NCBI GenBank assembly: GCA_963749495.1
Contig: CAVVMW010000001.1
Coordinates: 544,001 to 608,000, forward strand
Source: an uncultured bacterium
GTDB lineage: Bacteria; Verrucomicrobiota; Verrucomicrobiia; Limisphaerales; UBA8199
Direction: 5' to 3'
Length of the DNA: 64,000 nt
The notes below the pieces were generated by a model. It saw nothing but the letters and a program-made list of their open reading frames with translations, ran no database searches and was not told the DNA's origin. Positions within the stretch are counted from its first letter, which is position 1. The number at the start of each line of letters is the position of its first letter. Shown here in pieces: positions 29,304 to 39,820 of this stretch. A program made the position numbers and the translations under genes.

Positions 29304-31414
29304 GCAACGGCCGGGATGGTGGCGGCATTCTGGATTTCAACCCGCGGCGGGACTTCAGAGTAGGAAATCACGGCCAACTCGCCGAAGGCTGACTCGAAGA
29401 AGCGGCGGAAACCGAGTCGAATCTGAGGGGAACAGAGCAGGACGGGCGGATGCCCTTGAGCGAGCATCTGCTGGATGAACTTGCCGAGCGTGTCGGTGAT
29501 GTGCCGGGCCAGACTGGGTTCGAGCACCAGCGACAACTCTGTGGGGGACTGCCGAACGCCCTGGGCGAGGGTCTGTTCGAGGCGGGGGTCGAGCGTAATG
29601 GCGCGGAGCGCTCCGTTTTGCGCCTGGAATGGCCGTGTAATCTGCAGACCCAGGGCGCGCCGGGCGCATTCGGAGAGTTCATCTGGGTTCTTGGACTGGG
29701 CGGCATAGTCGCTGACCTTTTCGAGGATGCCGGGCAGGTTGCGGATCGAGATGCCCTCGGCCAGCAGGTTCTGGAGGATGCGCTGGATCTGGCCGACGGT
29801 GAGTTGGGCGGGGACCAACTCGTTGACGAGCGTGGGGTGGGTCTGCTTGAGATTGTCCAGGAGGCTCTGCACGTCCTGGCGGCTGAGGATCTCGTGGCCG
29901 CGGCGCCGGATCGTCTCGCTCAGGTGCGTTACCAGGACCGATGGGGCGTCCACCACCGTATAGCCGCTGACCTCGGCGGCCTTGCGCTCGGGGTCGGCTA
30001 TCCAGGTGGCCGGCAATTGGAAGACCGGCTCGACGGTGGGCACGCCCTTGAGCACGGTCTTGCTCTTGGCGGCATTCATGGCCAGCCACAAGCCCGGTCT
30101 GAGCTCGCCCTGGCCGACCGGGTTGCCTTTGAGCAGGAAGCGGTAGGCATTGGGGCCAAGCTGCAGGTTGTCCCTCAACCGGATCGGCGGGATGATGACG
30201 CCCATCTCCTGGGCGAAGGTGCGGCGGACACTGGTGATGCGCTCGAGCAGGTCGCCGCCGCGCCGTTTGTCGGCCAGGGCCACCAACCCATAGCCCAGCT
30301 CGACCTGGAGCGCATCCAGGTGCAGCAGATCGACGAGCTTGTCGGCGGGCTTGGCCTGGCCCGGGCCTGCAGCGGCCGCCCGCCCGGCGCCCTTGGCCTC
30401 GGCCCCATGGCCCACGCCGGGCTCGACCTCCAGCGCGCTCGGCTCCAGCGGGCCGTGCCGGTGCAGCGAGTAGGCCAATAGCCCCGTAATCCCCGTCAGC
30501 GTCAGAAACGGCAGCATCGGCAGACCCGGCACCACCGCAAACACCCCCATCATCGCCGCCAGCACCGTCATCGCTCGAGGATAGACCAGCAGTTGCTTGG
30601 TCAATTCCTGCCCCAGGTCGTTCTTGGACGCCGCCCGCGTCACCAGGATGCCCGCGGCCGTCGAGGTGATCAGGGCCGGGATTTGAGAGACCAGGCCGTC
30701 CCCGATCGAGAGTATCGTGAACCGCTGCAGGGCTTCGCTCATCGTCATGCCCTTTTGGGCGATGCCGATGGCAAACCCGCCAATGATGTTGATCAGGGTG
30801 ATGAGGATGGCGGCGACCGCGTCGCCGCGCACGAACTTGCTGGCGCCGTCCATCGCCCCGTAGAAATCGGCCTCCGCTTCGACCATCCGGCGGCGCGAGC
30901 GCGCCTCCGCCTCGTTGATCATGCCGGCGTTGAACTCCGCATCGATGGCCATCTGCTTGCCCGGCATCGCATCCAGCGTGAACCGGGCGGCCACCTCGGC
31001 GATGCGCCCCGCGCCCTTGGTGATGACGATGAAGTTGATCAAGACCAGGATGAGGAACACGACCAGGCCGACCACGTAATTGCCGCGAACCACGAAATTG
31101 CCGAAGGCCTCGATGATATGGCCGGCGTAGCCGTCCAGGAGGATGAGCCGGGTCGAGGAGACATTGAGCGAGAGCCGGAACAGGGTCAGGAACAGGAGCA
31201 GCGTGGGAAAACCGCTGAAGTCCGAAGGCTGCTTCACGTAGAGGATGACCAGCAGGGTCAGCAGCGACACGGCGATGCTCGTGGCCAGGAGGCTGTCCAG
31301 CAACGCCGGTGGAATCGGCAGGATCAGCAGCAGGACAGTGCCGAAGAGCGCGGCGATGAGCCACAGATCGCCGTGCCGCAGCAGCAACCGCAGATTCTGG
31401 CTGAGCTTGGCCAT
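29300..31414 (-). CDS. flhA: Flagellar export gate protein FlhA
   Basis: RIAEVAARFTLDAMPGKQMAIDA, FYGAMDGASKFVRGD. Confidence 0.97.
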   Translation of the reverse strand: MAKLSQNLRLLLRHGDLWLIAALFGTVLLLILPIPPALLDSLLATSIAVSLLTLLVILYVKQPSDFSGFPTLLLFLTLFRLSLNVSSTRLILLDGYAGHIIEAFGNFVVRGNYVVGLVVFLILVLINFIVITKGAGRIAEVAARFTLDAMPGKQMAIDAEFNAGMINEAEARSRRRMVEAEADFYGAMDGASKFVRGDAVAAILITLINIIGGFAIGIAQKGMTMSEALQRFTILSIGDGLVSQIPALITSTAAGILVTRAASKNDLGQELTKQLLVYPRAMTVLAAMMGVFAVVPGLPMLPFLTLTGITGLLAYSLHRHGPLEPSALEVEPGVGHGAEAKGAGRAAAAGPGQAKPADKLVDLLHLDALQVELGYGLVALADKRRGGDLLERITSVRRTFAQEMGVIIPPIRLRDNLQLGPNAYRFLLKGNPVGQGELRPGLWLAMNAAKSKTVLKGVPTVEPVFQLPATWIADPERKAAEVSGYTVVDAPSVLVTHLSETIRRRGHEILSRQDVQSLLDNLKQTHPTLVNELVPAQLTVGQIQRILQNLLAEGISIRNLPGILEKVSDYAAQSKNPDELSECARRALGLQITRPFQAQNGALRAITLDPRLEQTLAQGVRQSPTELSLVLEPSLARHITDTLGKFIQQMLAQGHPPVLLCSPQIRLGFRRFFESAFGELAVISYSEVPPRVEIQNAATIPAVA

Positions 31415-31720
31415 GTCGTTGCGTCGAGAACCGCCCGGAACCGTTCGAGCGTCAGAACTTCACCCCGCGTGGAGCAAAAAAAGGGCCATCCTCCTGGGGG
31501 CCAGGCCCAAGGGACGAAAGTGACACAAGGGACGAAAGGGACGCCACATTTCGAGCGGCGAGCGGCTGAGGCCCATTCCCTCGACCCTCGAAGCGGAAGA
31601 TTCGGCCAAACCGGGGCGGAAATATATTCCGCTGCCCAGCAACCCCAATTCCAGGCCTTTGTCGCGACCTTTGTCGCAGCCTTTGTCGCAACCTTTGTCG
31701 CAGACTTTGTCGATAGCCGA

Positions 31721-32899
31721 CTAGCTCGACAAAGGTTGCGACAAAGGCTGCGACGAAGGTTCCGCACGCGCGCGCCTGCTCTGCGAAGAAGCCGCAGGCT
31801 CGGCTCCCAGCGGTCCCGTCGCCTTCAAGCTCTCGGCATAGTAGCGATACGGATTGGTGCGATAGACGTAGGCGAAGACCTCGGCGACGGCCGCGTAGAG
31901 CTGGGCGGGGATTTCGCGGCCGATCTTGCCGTATTTCCACATGAGCCGGGCCAGCGGCTTGTTCTCGACGATGGGCACGCCGTGGAGGCGGGCGAGTTCG
32001 CGGATCTGGGAGGCGTTGTTGCGGACGCCCTTGGCCACCACGCGCGGGGCCTGCATCTCCTGGCGATCGTAGCGCAAGGCGATGGCGATATGGGTCGGGT
32101 TGGTGACCACCACGTCGGCGTTGGGCACGGCGGCCATCATCTTGCGCTTGGAGAACAGGCGCATGCGGCGGCGTCCGGTCTTGACCTGCTGGTTGCCCTC
32201 GGTGTTCTTCATTTCCTCCTGGATGTCCTCGCGGCTCATCATCAAGTCCCGATGGGTGCGCCAGAATTGGTAGGCGTAATCGGCGGCGGCGATGATCCCC
32301 ATGGCCAGCAGCACGCGCAAGGCGATCTGGAGGCTGGATTGGGCCAGAAACTCGACAAACCGCTGGAGGCTCACCGAGGTGGTGAAGACCGGGTCGTGCA
32401 CCACCCGTTTGACCGTGGAATAGGTGAGGGAGGAGATGACCAGGAACTTGGCCAGCGCGACCAGGGCCGGGACGGCGGACCTGCCCGAGAAGACGCGCTT
32501 GAGGCCCTCGACCGGGTTGAGGCGTTCCCAATGGACGCCGAGGGCCTCGGAGGCGGTGGTAAAGCGGTTTTGGATGCCGCCGGCCAGCAGGCCCCCGAGC
32601 ATGGCGGCCACCACGACCGGGGCGGCGCATTGGAGAAAGAGCAGGGTGCCTCGCCAGGCATAGCCCTGCACGGCGTCGCCGCTGAGCGGGGTGTCGTGCA
32701 AGTGGCCGAGGATTGCGGCCAGGGCGCACGCCAGGCTGCGCCAGGTCTCGGCGCCGGTAAAGGAGAGGGCGCAGATGACCGTCATCAGCACGAAGGCGGT
32801 CTGGACCTCTGCGCTGCGGGCAATCTGGCCGTGCTTCTGCGCCTCCTCCAGCTTGCGCGGTGTCGGTTGTTCGGTCTTTTCGCCGGTCTGCTCGCTCAT
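31721..32899 (-). CDS. flhB: Flagellar export protein FlhB
   Basis: EKTEQPTPRKL and the NPTH autocleavage motif. Confidence 0.95.
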   Translation of the reverse strand: MSEQTGEKTEQPTPRKLEEAQKHGQIARSAEVQTAFVLMTVICALSFTGAETWRSLACALAAILGHLHDTPLSGDAVQGYAWRGTLLFLQCAAPVVVAAMLGGLLAGGIQNRFTTASEALGVHWERLNPVEGLKRVFSGRSAVPALVALAKFLVISSLTYSTVKRVVHDPVFTTSVSLQRFVEFLAQSSLQIALRVLLAMGIIAAADYAYQFWRTHRDLMMSREDIQEEMKNTEGNQQVKTGRRRMRLFSKRKMMAAVPNADVVVTNPTHIAIALRYDRQEMQAPRVVAKGVRNNASQIRELARLHGVPIVENKPLARLMWKYGKIGREIPAQLYAAVAEVFAYVYRTNPYRYYAESLKATGPLGAEPAASSQSRRARAEPSSQPLSQPLSS

Positions 32900-33062
32900 A
32901 CTCTGACCCGCGCACAAACGCGGAGCACCCGAAGAGCCAGCCACGGAACACACGGAATACACGGAATACTGAAATCGGCCCGCCCTCCTTCCGTGTATCC
33001 CGTGTGTTCCGTGGTTTTTCCTCCAGGGCCGTGTTTATCGGTGTTCATCCGTGGTTTTCTTC

Positions 33063-33827
33063 TCAAGCGCCGCGCAGGAATTGGGCGACGCGGAGCATGT
33101 CCGCCGGCAGGCGGTGGAGGCAGTTGAGGACATGCTGGGCCGAGATGTCGAGGGTCAGGCCGAACACGGCCAGACCGCAGACGATTCGCACCGAGAAGCT
33201 CTCGGCAAAGACGTTCATCTGCGGCACGAGCCGGCCCAGGAAACCCAGGAGGATCATCGACAAGAAGGAGGCGGCCATGATGGGGCCGGCTATCTGGACG
33301 CCGACCAGGAAGACACGGCTGGTGTGGGTGAGGATCTCGGTGAAGAGGGCATCAGTCAGGCGGGCGCTGCCGATGGGGGCCAGGGTGTAGGTGTATTGGA
33401 ATCCGGTCAACAGCCAGTGGTGCATGTCCAGGGACATCATGAGGGTGCAGGTCAACAGGAACATGGCCAGGGCGGGCACCTGGGTGGGCCGCGCATTGGC
33501 CGGGTCGAACACCGACGCCATGTTGAGGCCCATCTCGTTGCCGATGACCTGGCCGGCGAAATCCGAGATGAAAAAAACCATCCGCGTGACAAAGCCGATG
33601 AGCAGGCCACAGAACGCCTCCTGGGAGAAGAGGCCCACCCAGCCGACAAACCCCAGCCTGCCATAGGGCAACGGGGGGAGGCTCGGGGCGACCAGCACCG
33701 CCAGCAGGCCCGCAAAGGCCACGCGCACCTGGACGGGGATGTTCAGCATCGTGAAGATCGGCAGGATGCTCAAGAACGCCCCCGCCCGCACGAAGACCAG
33801 CAGCCAGTTGTTGAAGTCCCAGTCCAT
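33063..33827 (-). CDS. fliR: Flagellar export protein FliR
   Basis: Multi-TM; AGQVI..MGL, RLVPQMNVF. Confidence 0.95.
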   Translation of the reverse strand: MDWDFNNWLLVFVRAGAFLSILPIFTMLNIPVQVRVAFAGLLAVLVAPSLPPLPYGRLGFVGWVGLFSQEAFCGLLIGFVTRMVFFISDFAGQVIGNEMGLNMASVFDPANARPTQVPALAMFLLTCTLMMSLDMHHWLLTGFQYTYTLAPIGSARLTDALFTEILTHTSRVFLVGVQIAGPIMAASFLSMILLGFLGRLVPQMNVFAESFSVRIVCGLAVFGLTLDISAQHVLNCLHRLPADMLRVAQFLRGA

Positions 33828-33841
33828 TCCAGGCCCTCATC

Positions 33842-34111
33842 TCACATGGCCATCTGGGGGATTTTCTCGATGATCGCGGTCGTGAACTCGACCAGTTGCC
33901 GGACTATCCATGGCAGCATCACCAGGAGCAGTCCCAGCACGCAGAGCGCCTTTGGGACGAAGCTCAGCGTCTGCTCGCTGATCGAGGTGACCGCCTGGAA
34001 CAGGCTCACCGCCAGGCCGACGATCAGCGCCACTCCAAGGAATGGCGCCGCCAGCAGCACGGCGTGCAGGATGACGGTCTTGAGCAATTCAACGGCAAAT
34101 TCCGGGTTCAT
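33842..34111 (-). CDS. fliQ: Flagellar export protein FliQ
   Basis: GLAVSLFQAVTSISEQTLSFVPK. Confidence 0.95.
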   Translation of the reverse strand: MNPEFAVELLKTVILHAVLLAAPFLGVALIVGLAVSLFQAVTSISEQTLSFVPKALCVLGLLLVMLPWIVRQLVEFTTAIIEKIPQMAM

Positions 34112-34344
34112 GGAGAGCGTCAACGATTTTGAAAACGTGCGTTGGGAACATGAACCGGATGGGTGTCCCTTCAGCGCGAAGCGTTTTGGACTGCGGCAGT
34201 CCTCTGCCGCTTTTCAGACCCCAGCGGGCACGAAAGCGCCAGAGGACTGGCGCAGTCCAAAACCTTCGGGCTTGGCGACGGTTCATGGAAAGAGGGTCGA
34301 GGGACAAGGGGTGTTCATCAGGGGTTCACCTGCCGTTGCCGGGT

Positions 34345-35406
34345 TCAGGATCCGAAACTGGAGATGAGCGAGCGCACGATCAGCGCCCAACCGTCCACCA
34401 GCACAAAGAGCAGCAGCTTCAAGGGCATCGAGATGGTCGCCGGCGGCAGCATCATCATGCCCATGCTCATCAACACCGTGCTGACCACCAGGTCAATGAG
34501 GATGAACGGGACCAGAATGAGAAAACCCATCTGGAAGGCGGTGCGCAGTTCGCTGATGATGAACCCGGGCACGACAACCCGCAGCGGGAGCTGGTCGGGC
34601 GGCGTCGCGGGCAGCTTGGCCAGGGCGACAAAGAGTTCGACGTCCTTGGCCCGGGCCTGTTTGAGCATGAAAGTCCGGACATGACCGGAGGCGCGATCCA
34701 GGGCCTCCTGGCCCGAAATCTGCGAGCCCTGGTAGGGCGCGATGGCGTCCCGGCTGATGTTCTGCCAGACCGGCGACATGATGAAGAAGGTCATGAACAG
34801 GGAGAGGCCGATGATGATCTGGTTGGACGGGGCGGCCTGGAGTTGGAGGGCGGTGCGCACGAACGAGAGCACGATGACGATGCGGGTAAAGCAGGTCATC
34901 AGCAACAGGATCGAGGGCGCCAGGCTCAGCAGGGTGATGGTGAAGAGGATGCGGATGGCCATGTCCACTTCCTGGGGTTGGCCGCCCGTGGGGATGTTGA
35001 TCTGGAGGGGGACCAGGCCCGACGCGGCACTGGGCGCCGTGTTGGTTTGAGCGCCGGCCCCGGCCGTACACAGAGCAAGGGCGATCAAGACGAGGGACAA
35101 AAGGGACAAAACGGACTTAAGGGCGGCCGGCGAAACTAAACAGCTTGGTGCAAAAACGCGGTGGGTGCAGGACCTTTCTCCACGGGCGCCGCTAGTCCGG
35201 ACCTTTGTCGCAACCTTTGTCGCAACCTTTGTCGGGTGGGCCATGCCTCGACAAAGGAGGCGACAAAGGTTGCGACAAAGGTCTGAGATCAGAGTTTCCA
35301 GGTTAGTTTTGCCAGCCGCCCTAAGGGACAAAAGGGACGCCAGCACTCCGCATTCCGCATTCCGCACTCCGCACTCCGCATTCCGCACTCCGCACTCCGC
35401 ACTCAT
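34345..35406 (-). CDS. fliP: Flagellar export protein FliP (start uncertain; N-terminal extension derived from repeats)
   Basis: LSLAPSILLLMTCFTRIVIVL, PGFIISELRTAFQMGF, MGMMMLPP; ATG coupled to the fliO stop. Confidence 0.93.
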   Translation of the reverse strand: MSAECGVRNAECGVRNAECGVLASLLSLRAAGKTNLETLISDLCRNLCRLLCRGMAHPTKVATKVATKVRTSGARGERSCTHRVFAPSCLVSPAALKSVLSLLSLVLIALALCTAGAGAQTNTAPSAASGLVPLQINIPTGGQPQEVDMAIRILFTITLLSLAPSILLLMTCFTRIVIVLSFVRTALQLQAAPSNQIIIGLSLFMTFFIMSPVWQNISRDAIAPYQGSQISGQEALDRASGHVRTFMLKQARAKDVELFVALAKLPATPPDQLPLRVVVPGFIISELRTAFQMGFLILVPFILIDLVVSTVLMSMGMMMLPPATISMPLKLLLFVLVDGWALIVRSLISSFGS

Positions 35407-36050
35407 TGCGTCCCTTCCGCCTTGCTGTTCGGCCGGCCCCTTAACAACTGCTGCAAGTATTGGCCGAAGGGGACGGGTTCGGGCGCGGGAGCGGGCGCGT
35501 ACTGGGGAGGGGTGGCGGCGGGCAGTTGGCTGAGCAGGCTGAGGCCCGCCGGGGAACTGCCGATGAGCAGACGCTGCTGCTCGTAGCCGACGACGTAGAG
35601 GGCATAGCGGCCGCCCAGGGGGCGCGATTCGAGGATGGCGAGCCTGGGGGGGCCGCTCTTGCGCCAAGCCAGGCGCTGGCTGTTGCGGAACAACCAAACG
35701 CCTCCGAGGAAGACGGCCAGCACCATGCCCAGCGCCGCCAGGGTCCGGATGGCGGACAGCCCGACGCTGGGCAAGTCGGTGCGGAGCGCCAGCAAGTTGG
35801 TGGAATCGGCCAGGGCAGCCCACGGCACGGCCAGGATGAACCAGAGCACGAGGCGGCGAAAGCGGGGGCCGGACGGGAGCCTGGCGGAGCCGCTTGGGCC
35901 GGTCAGCCGGGTCTGACGCGTCAGAAAGGTCAGACGGGTCAGAGGGGTCTGGTGAGTCAGGTGCTCCAGATAACTGGTCAGAGGGCGCGACGGAGGGGGC
36001 GGCCCTGGGGGGGCAGGGACGGCGCAAGGAGGGTTTTGGGACTGGCTCAT
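35403..36050 (-). CDS. fliO: FliO/FliZ family protein
   Basis: TM helix followed by LAILESRPLGGRYALYVVGYEQQRLLIG; located between fliN and fliP. Confidence 0.8.
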   Translation of the reverse strand: MSQSQNPPCAVPAPPGPPPPSRPLTSYLEHLTHQTPLTRLTFLTRQTRLTGPSGSARLPSGPRFRRLVLWFILAVPWAALADSTNLLALRTDLPSVGLSAIRTLAALGMVLAVFLGGVWLFRNSQRLAWRKSGPPRLAILESRPLGGRYALYVVGYEQQRLLIGSSPAGLSLLSQLPAATPPQYAPAPAPEPVPFGQYLQQLLRGRPNSKAEGTQ

Positions 36051-36316
36051 GGCTTGGGAGGGCTGTTGATCAACTCGGTGATCTTGATGCCGAAACGATT
36101 TTCGACCACCACCACCTCGCCCCGCGCGACAACCTTGCGGTTCACCGAGAGTTGCACCGGCTCGTCGGCGGTCTTGTCGAGTTGCACGACGGAGCCGGCG
36201 CCCAACTGGAGGACGTCGCGCATGGGCAACAGGCAACTGCCCAGTTCGACGGTCAGTTTCACCGGCACGTCCAGGACGATGTTGAGATTGGGAGATGCGG
36301 TTGCAGGTGCGCTCAT
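36047..36316 (-). CDS. fliN: Flagellar switch protein FliN
   Basis: LDVPVKLTVELG, ARGEVVVVENRFGIKIT. Confidence 0.95.
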   Translation of the reverse strand: MSAPATASPNLNIVLDVPVKLTVELGSCLLPMRDVLQLGAGSVVQLDKTADEPVQLSVNRKVVARGEVVVVENRFGIKITELINSPPKP

Positions 36317-36324
36317 AGCAGGAT

Positions 36325-37612
36325 TCAAGTTTTGACGGGGGCGGTCAATTCCACGGCCCAACGCTCGCCGGTGGTGCCGAGCCGGCCGTGGAACCTGGCG
36401 GATTGTTCGAGGCAGACCTCGACCTGATCAAAGCAGTTTGCGTCCAGGAGCAGCACGTTGCCGCACTTCAAGTTGGCGAGGTCGCGGGCGCTCAGCTCCA
36501 GGCCGTGCCAGGCGGTGTGGAGTTGGACGGGCACCTCGTCGAAGCCGGGGTTCCACTGGGGCGGTCCCTGGGCCTGGACGGCGGGACCGGCCTGGGCGTC
36601 GGCGGCCTGGGCCGAGGTGCGGACCAGAGGCTCGATGGTCAGAAAGGGGAACGCCAGTTGCATCTGCTCGACGCAATCGCCCAGCCGCGCCTCCATCGAG
36701 ACGATGAGCAGGACCGAGTCATGCGCGGAGCTGTTGAGGAACCGGGCGTTGCTCTCATGGCCGAGGATGACGGGGCGGGTGGTTTCGATCTTTTGCCAGA
36801 GGGCGCACCACTCATTGAAGATGAGGTGGGCCACCTGGTCCAGGAGGGCCGCCTCGATGTCGCTCAGGTCCCCGTTGGGGGCGACCGAATGGGCGGGGCC
36901 GCCCAGGAGCCGGTCCACGAACGTCAGGCCCAACCGGGGCGACATGTCCAGCAGGCAGACGCCTCTAAGGGGCTCGACCTTGAAGAGGGTCAGGTGGGTG
37001 GGGTTGGCCAGGCCGTCGGCGTATTTCTGGAAGCTCAGGGTCTGCAACTTGGACATGTGAAGGACCACCTCCAGCCGCAGGTAAATGGAGAGGTGGGCGG
37101 CCAGGGAGCGGATGAACTCCTCGTGCCGGAGCCGGAGCCTGCGCAGCTCGGCGCTGGTCAGGAATGCGGGCTGGCGGAAGTCGCAAAGCTGAACGTCCTC
37201 CGCCTTGAACCGCTTGGTGCGGCCGCCGCTCTTGAGCACCACGGGGCTGGTCCCCTCGGCCTGCACCTGGGAAAGCAGACGTTCGACCTCGCTCTGAGAG
37301 AGGACCTCACTGAGCGTGTCTGGAGCAAGGGCGCCCTTGCCGCTGCGGCCGGCTTCCAGTTCCGGGGCCGGGCCGCCCGCGGGTTGCGGGGCCTGAACCG
37401 GTTCAAGCAGGGCAGCCTCTCTGCCGGCTTGTCGGGAGTGAGCGGGGCTTTCCAGGCCCGCGGTGGGGACGTTCCGACCGGGGGGTGTCCGCAACGCCGC
37501 CCTCATCCCGCGCAGAGCGGGACTCCAGAGCCTGTTCTGCCTGCCCTGCCGGAACAGTTCCCGGGTCCTTGGCCGGTTCGGCGGGGGGGCAATCTGATGT
37601 GGCCTTGGCCAT
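36325..37612 (-). CDS. fliM: Flagellar switch protein FliM (start uncertain; possible 5' frameshift)
   Basis: LSQSEVERLL CheY-binding peptide, DFRQP, VDRLLGG, C-terminal SpoA domain. Confidence 0.9.
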
Positions 37613-37642
37613 AGAGTGGGTGCGGCTGGCAGACAGGCATTT

Positions 37643-38242
37643 CTATTGGATGGCGAACTCCGTGAAATAGACCTCCTGGGCGCCCGGCTGGCCCAGGATG
37701 CCATTGATGCCGGTCAGCAGTTCGCCGCGAATGATGTTGCGCGCCCCGGGTTTCTCCAGGTCGGCAATGGTCTTGGACATGAGCAGCCCGCTGGCCATGT
37801 CCCGCAGTTGCGCCTCCTTGGCGTCGAACCGGGCGCGGAAGTCCTGGCCGTCGCCCATGACGGTGATGCTGGCCAGGAGGTAGCGGGAGCCCATCGTTCC
37901 GGCGACATTGACGAGCAACTTGGAGAGCACGACGCTCTGGCGCTGGCCGGGGCGGGCGGGGCCTTCAGGAGCGGAGGCCGAGGAGGCGCTCTGGCTGGAG
38001 GCGGGCCCGCCCAGCATGGCCCGTTGAAGCCGCGGCGCCAGGACAAAGACGGTGACGGCATAGGCCACCAGGGGCATGGCCACCACGGCAACCCCTAGCG
38101 GCAGCCAGGCCCGCCAGCCGCCTTTGGCCTCTCGGGGCGTGACGGCCGCCACAGGCTCGGCAGAGTCGGCAGGTTCCGGCGCCGGACCGCGCGGGTGCTT
38201 TTCCTCCGCTCCTTTGACCTCTTCAGGGCGCTGGCCGGGCAT
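37643..38242 (-). CDS. fliL: Flagellar basal-body protein FliL
   Basis: Single TM, LVNVAG..RYL, VYFTEFAIQ. Confidence 0.9.
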   Translation of the reverse strand: MPGQRPEEVKGAEEKHPRGPAPEPADSAEPVAAVTPREAKGGWRAWLPLGVAVVAMPLVAYAVTVFVLAPRLQRAMLGGPASSQSASSASAPEGPARPGQRQSVVLSKLLVNVAGTMGSRYLLASITVMGDGQDFRARFDAKEAQLRDMASGLLMSKTIADLEKPGARNIIRGELLTGINGILGQPGAQEVYFTEFAIQ

Positions 38243-38248
38243 AGGCGA

Positions 38249-39073
38249 TTAGCGTTTGAGGTTGACCAGGTCCTGGAGGATCTCGTCGCTGGTCGTGACG
38301 ATCTTCGCGTTGGCCTCGAAGCCCCGCTGGGCCGCGATGAGGTTGGCCATCTCGCTGGAGAGGTCCACGTTGGACATTTCGAGGCTGCTGGAACTGATCT
38401 TGCCCAGTCCGGAAGTCAAGGGGGCGGCAGTCGTGAAGGTGCCTGCGGCATCCGTCTTGGAGTAGAGGTTGTCGCCTTGCTGGCTGAGGGCGTTGGGGTC
38501 CGGGCAGGAAGAGAGCAGGATCTGACCCCGAGTGAAGGTGGTGCCGTCGATCAGTGTCACAGAGATCTTCCCGGTGTTATCGATGCTGAAGGAGGCGAGG
38601 GTGGCCCCCGCGGCGGCGGTTGAGGGGGCACCGGTGGCGTCGATCTTGATATCGCCTTGGCTGGAGAGGGCGGCGTCGCTGAAGCCCTGGACGCGCAGCC
38701 CATCGGGGTTGACCAGGTAGCCGGCCTGGTCGAGGTGGAAGTCGCCGGCGCGGGTGTAGAATTGGGAGCCATCGGTGCTGTTTTTGACGGAGAAGAAGCC
38801 GTTGCCGCTGATGGCCAGGTCGGTGGACACGCCGGTATTGGCAATGGTGCCGTTGCCGAAGTTGCTCTGGATGGCGGTCGCGGCGACCCCCGTGCCTGCC
38901 TGGGCGGCGGAGCCGGCGCCAAGCATCGCGCTGAAGGTGTCCTCGGCATCGACCCGGCCGGTCTTGTAGCCGATCGTGTTGACGTTGGCGATGTTGTTGC
39001 CGACGACGTTGATGTCTTGTTGGAAGACATCGAGGCCGCTAACGGCCGTATTGAGAGCGGGAAACAGAGACAT
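38249..39073 (-). CDS. flgE: Short (274 aa) flagellar hook protein FlgE
   Basis: GNNIANVNTIGYK, DLAISGNGFF, YTRAGDF, LEMSNVDL; follows flgD. Confidence 0.88.
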   Translation of the reverse strand: MSLFPALNTAVSGLDVFQQDINVVGNNIANVNTIGYKTGRVDAEDTFSAMLGAGSAAQAGTGVAATAIQSNFGNGTIANTGVSTDLAISGNGFFSVKNSTDGSQFYTRAGDFHLDQAGYLVNPDGLRVQGFSDAALSSQGDIKIDATGAPSTAAAGATLASFSIDNTGKISVTLIDGTTFTRGQILLSSCPDPNALSQQGDNLYSKTDAAGTFTTAAPLTSGLGKISSSSLEMSNVDLSSEMANLIAAQRGFEANAKIVTTSDEILQDLVNLKR

Positions 39074-39077
39074 ATGA

Positions 39078-39518
39078 CTAAGGGATAGGTGGAGGTTTAG
39101 TTTGAGCTTGCGCTTGGGAAACGGAAATGATCTGGCTGAGGTCGTAGGGCACGCCATTGACAATCAGTGTGGGAACGCCGGACTGGAATTGGATGGAGGA
39201 GACGACACCGGTGGCGGTCTGGCCCTGGTCGGCCTGCACCTGGACGGTTCGGCCCAGGAGGTTGCTCGCCTGGAGCCCGGCGACGGTCTGTTGCATGGCC
39301 TGGGTCTCCTGGAGGGTGCTGAACTGGGCCATCTGGCCGAGGAACTCCGTGTTGCTGACGGGGTTCATCGGGTCCTGGGCGGAGAGTTGGGCAACCAGCA
39401 ATTTCAGGAAATCGTCCTGGCTGAGGGTCTGGGCCGGCAGTGCCGCCGACTGGTCGGCCGAAGACACGATGTCGGCCGGGAGTGCGGAGGTGGTGGGTGC
39501 GGTTGATGTGACAGCCAT
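39078..39518 (-). CDS. flgD: Hook capping protein FlgD
   Basis: LSQDDFLKLLVAQLSAQDPMNP..QMAQFS. Confidence 0.93.
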   Translation of the reverse strand: MAVTSTAPTTSALPADIVSSADQSAALPAQTLSQDDFLKLLVAQLSAQDPMNPVSNTEFLGQMAQFSTLQETQAMQQTVAGLQASNLLGRTVQVQADQGQTATGVVSSIQFQSGVPTLIVNGVPYDLSQIISVSQAQAQTKPPPIP

Positions 39519-39820
39519 AGGGTTGGGTGGGGGTTAAACGGCGTTATCGGCAGTGGTTTTCGAGTGCAAGCGCAGGGTCTGGAGGGTCGAATGTCGAGGG
39601 TCGAGGGTCGAGGGGGCGGAGCCGCACCGCGCCGAACTTCGAGTGACTTTCGCGACCTTCGTCGCAACCTTTGTCGAAACCCGGCCCAATTCGACAAAGG
39701 CCGCGACAAAGTTGCCAAAGCCGTCGAGAGCCCCGTACAGCATGGCGGAACCGTCGCTTCGACCTGCACGCTCGCCTGAAATCGGGTTCATTACATGGTT
39801 TGACATGGTTGATTGGTCGT

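Noticed and set aside
30593..33127. Long antisense ORFs (e.g. 844 aa opposite flhA/flhB, and many similar)
   Set aside because: These are shadow ORFs of GC-rich coding strands with no recognisable motifs.
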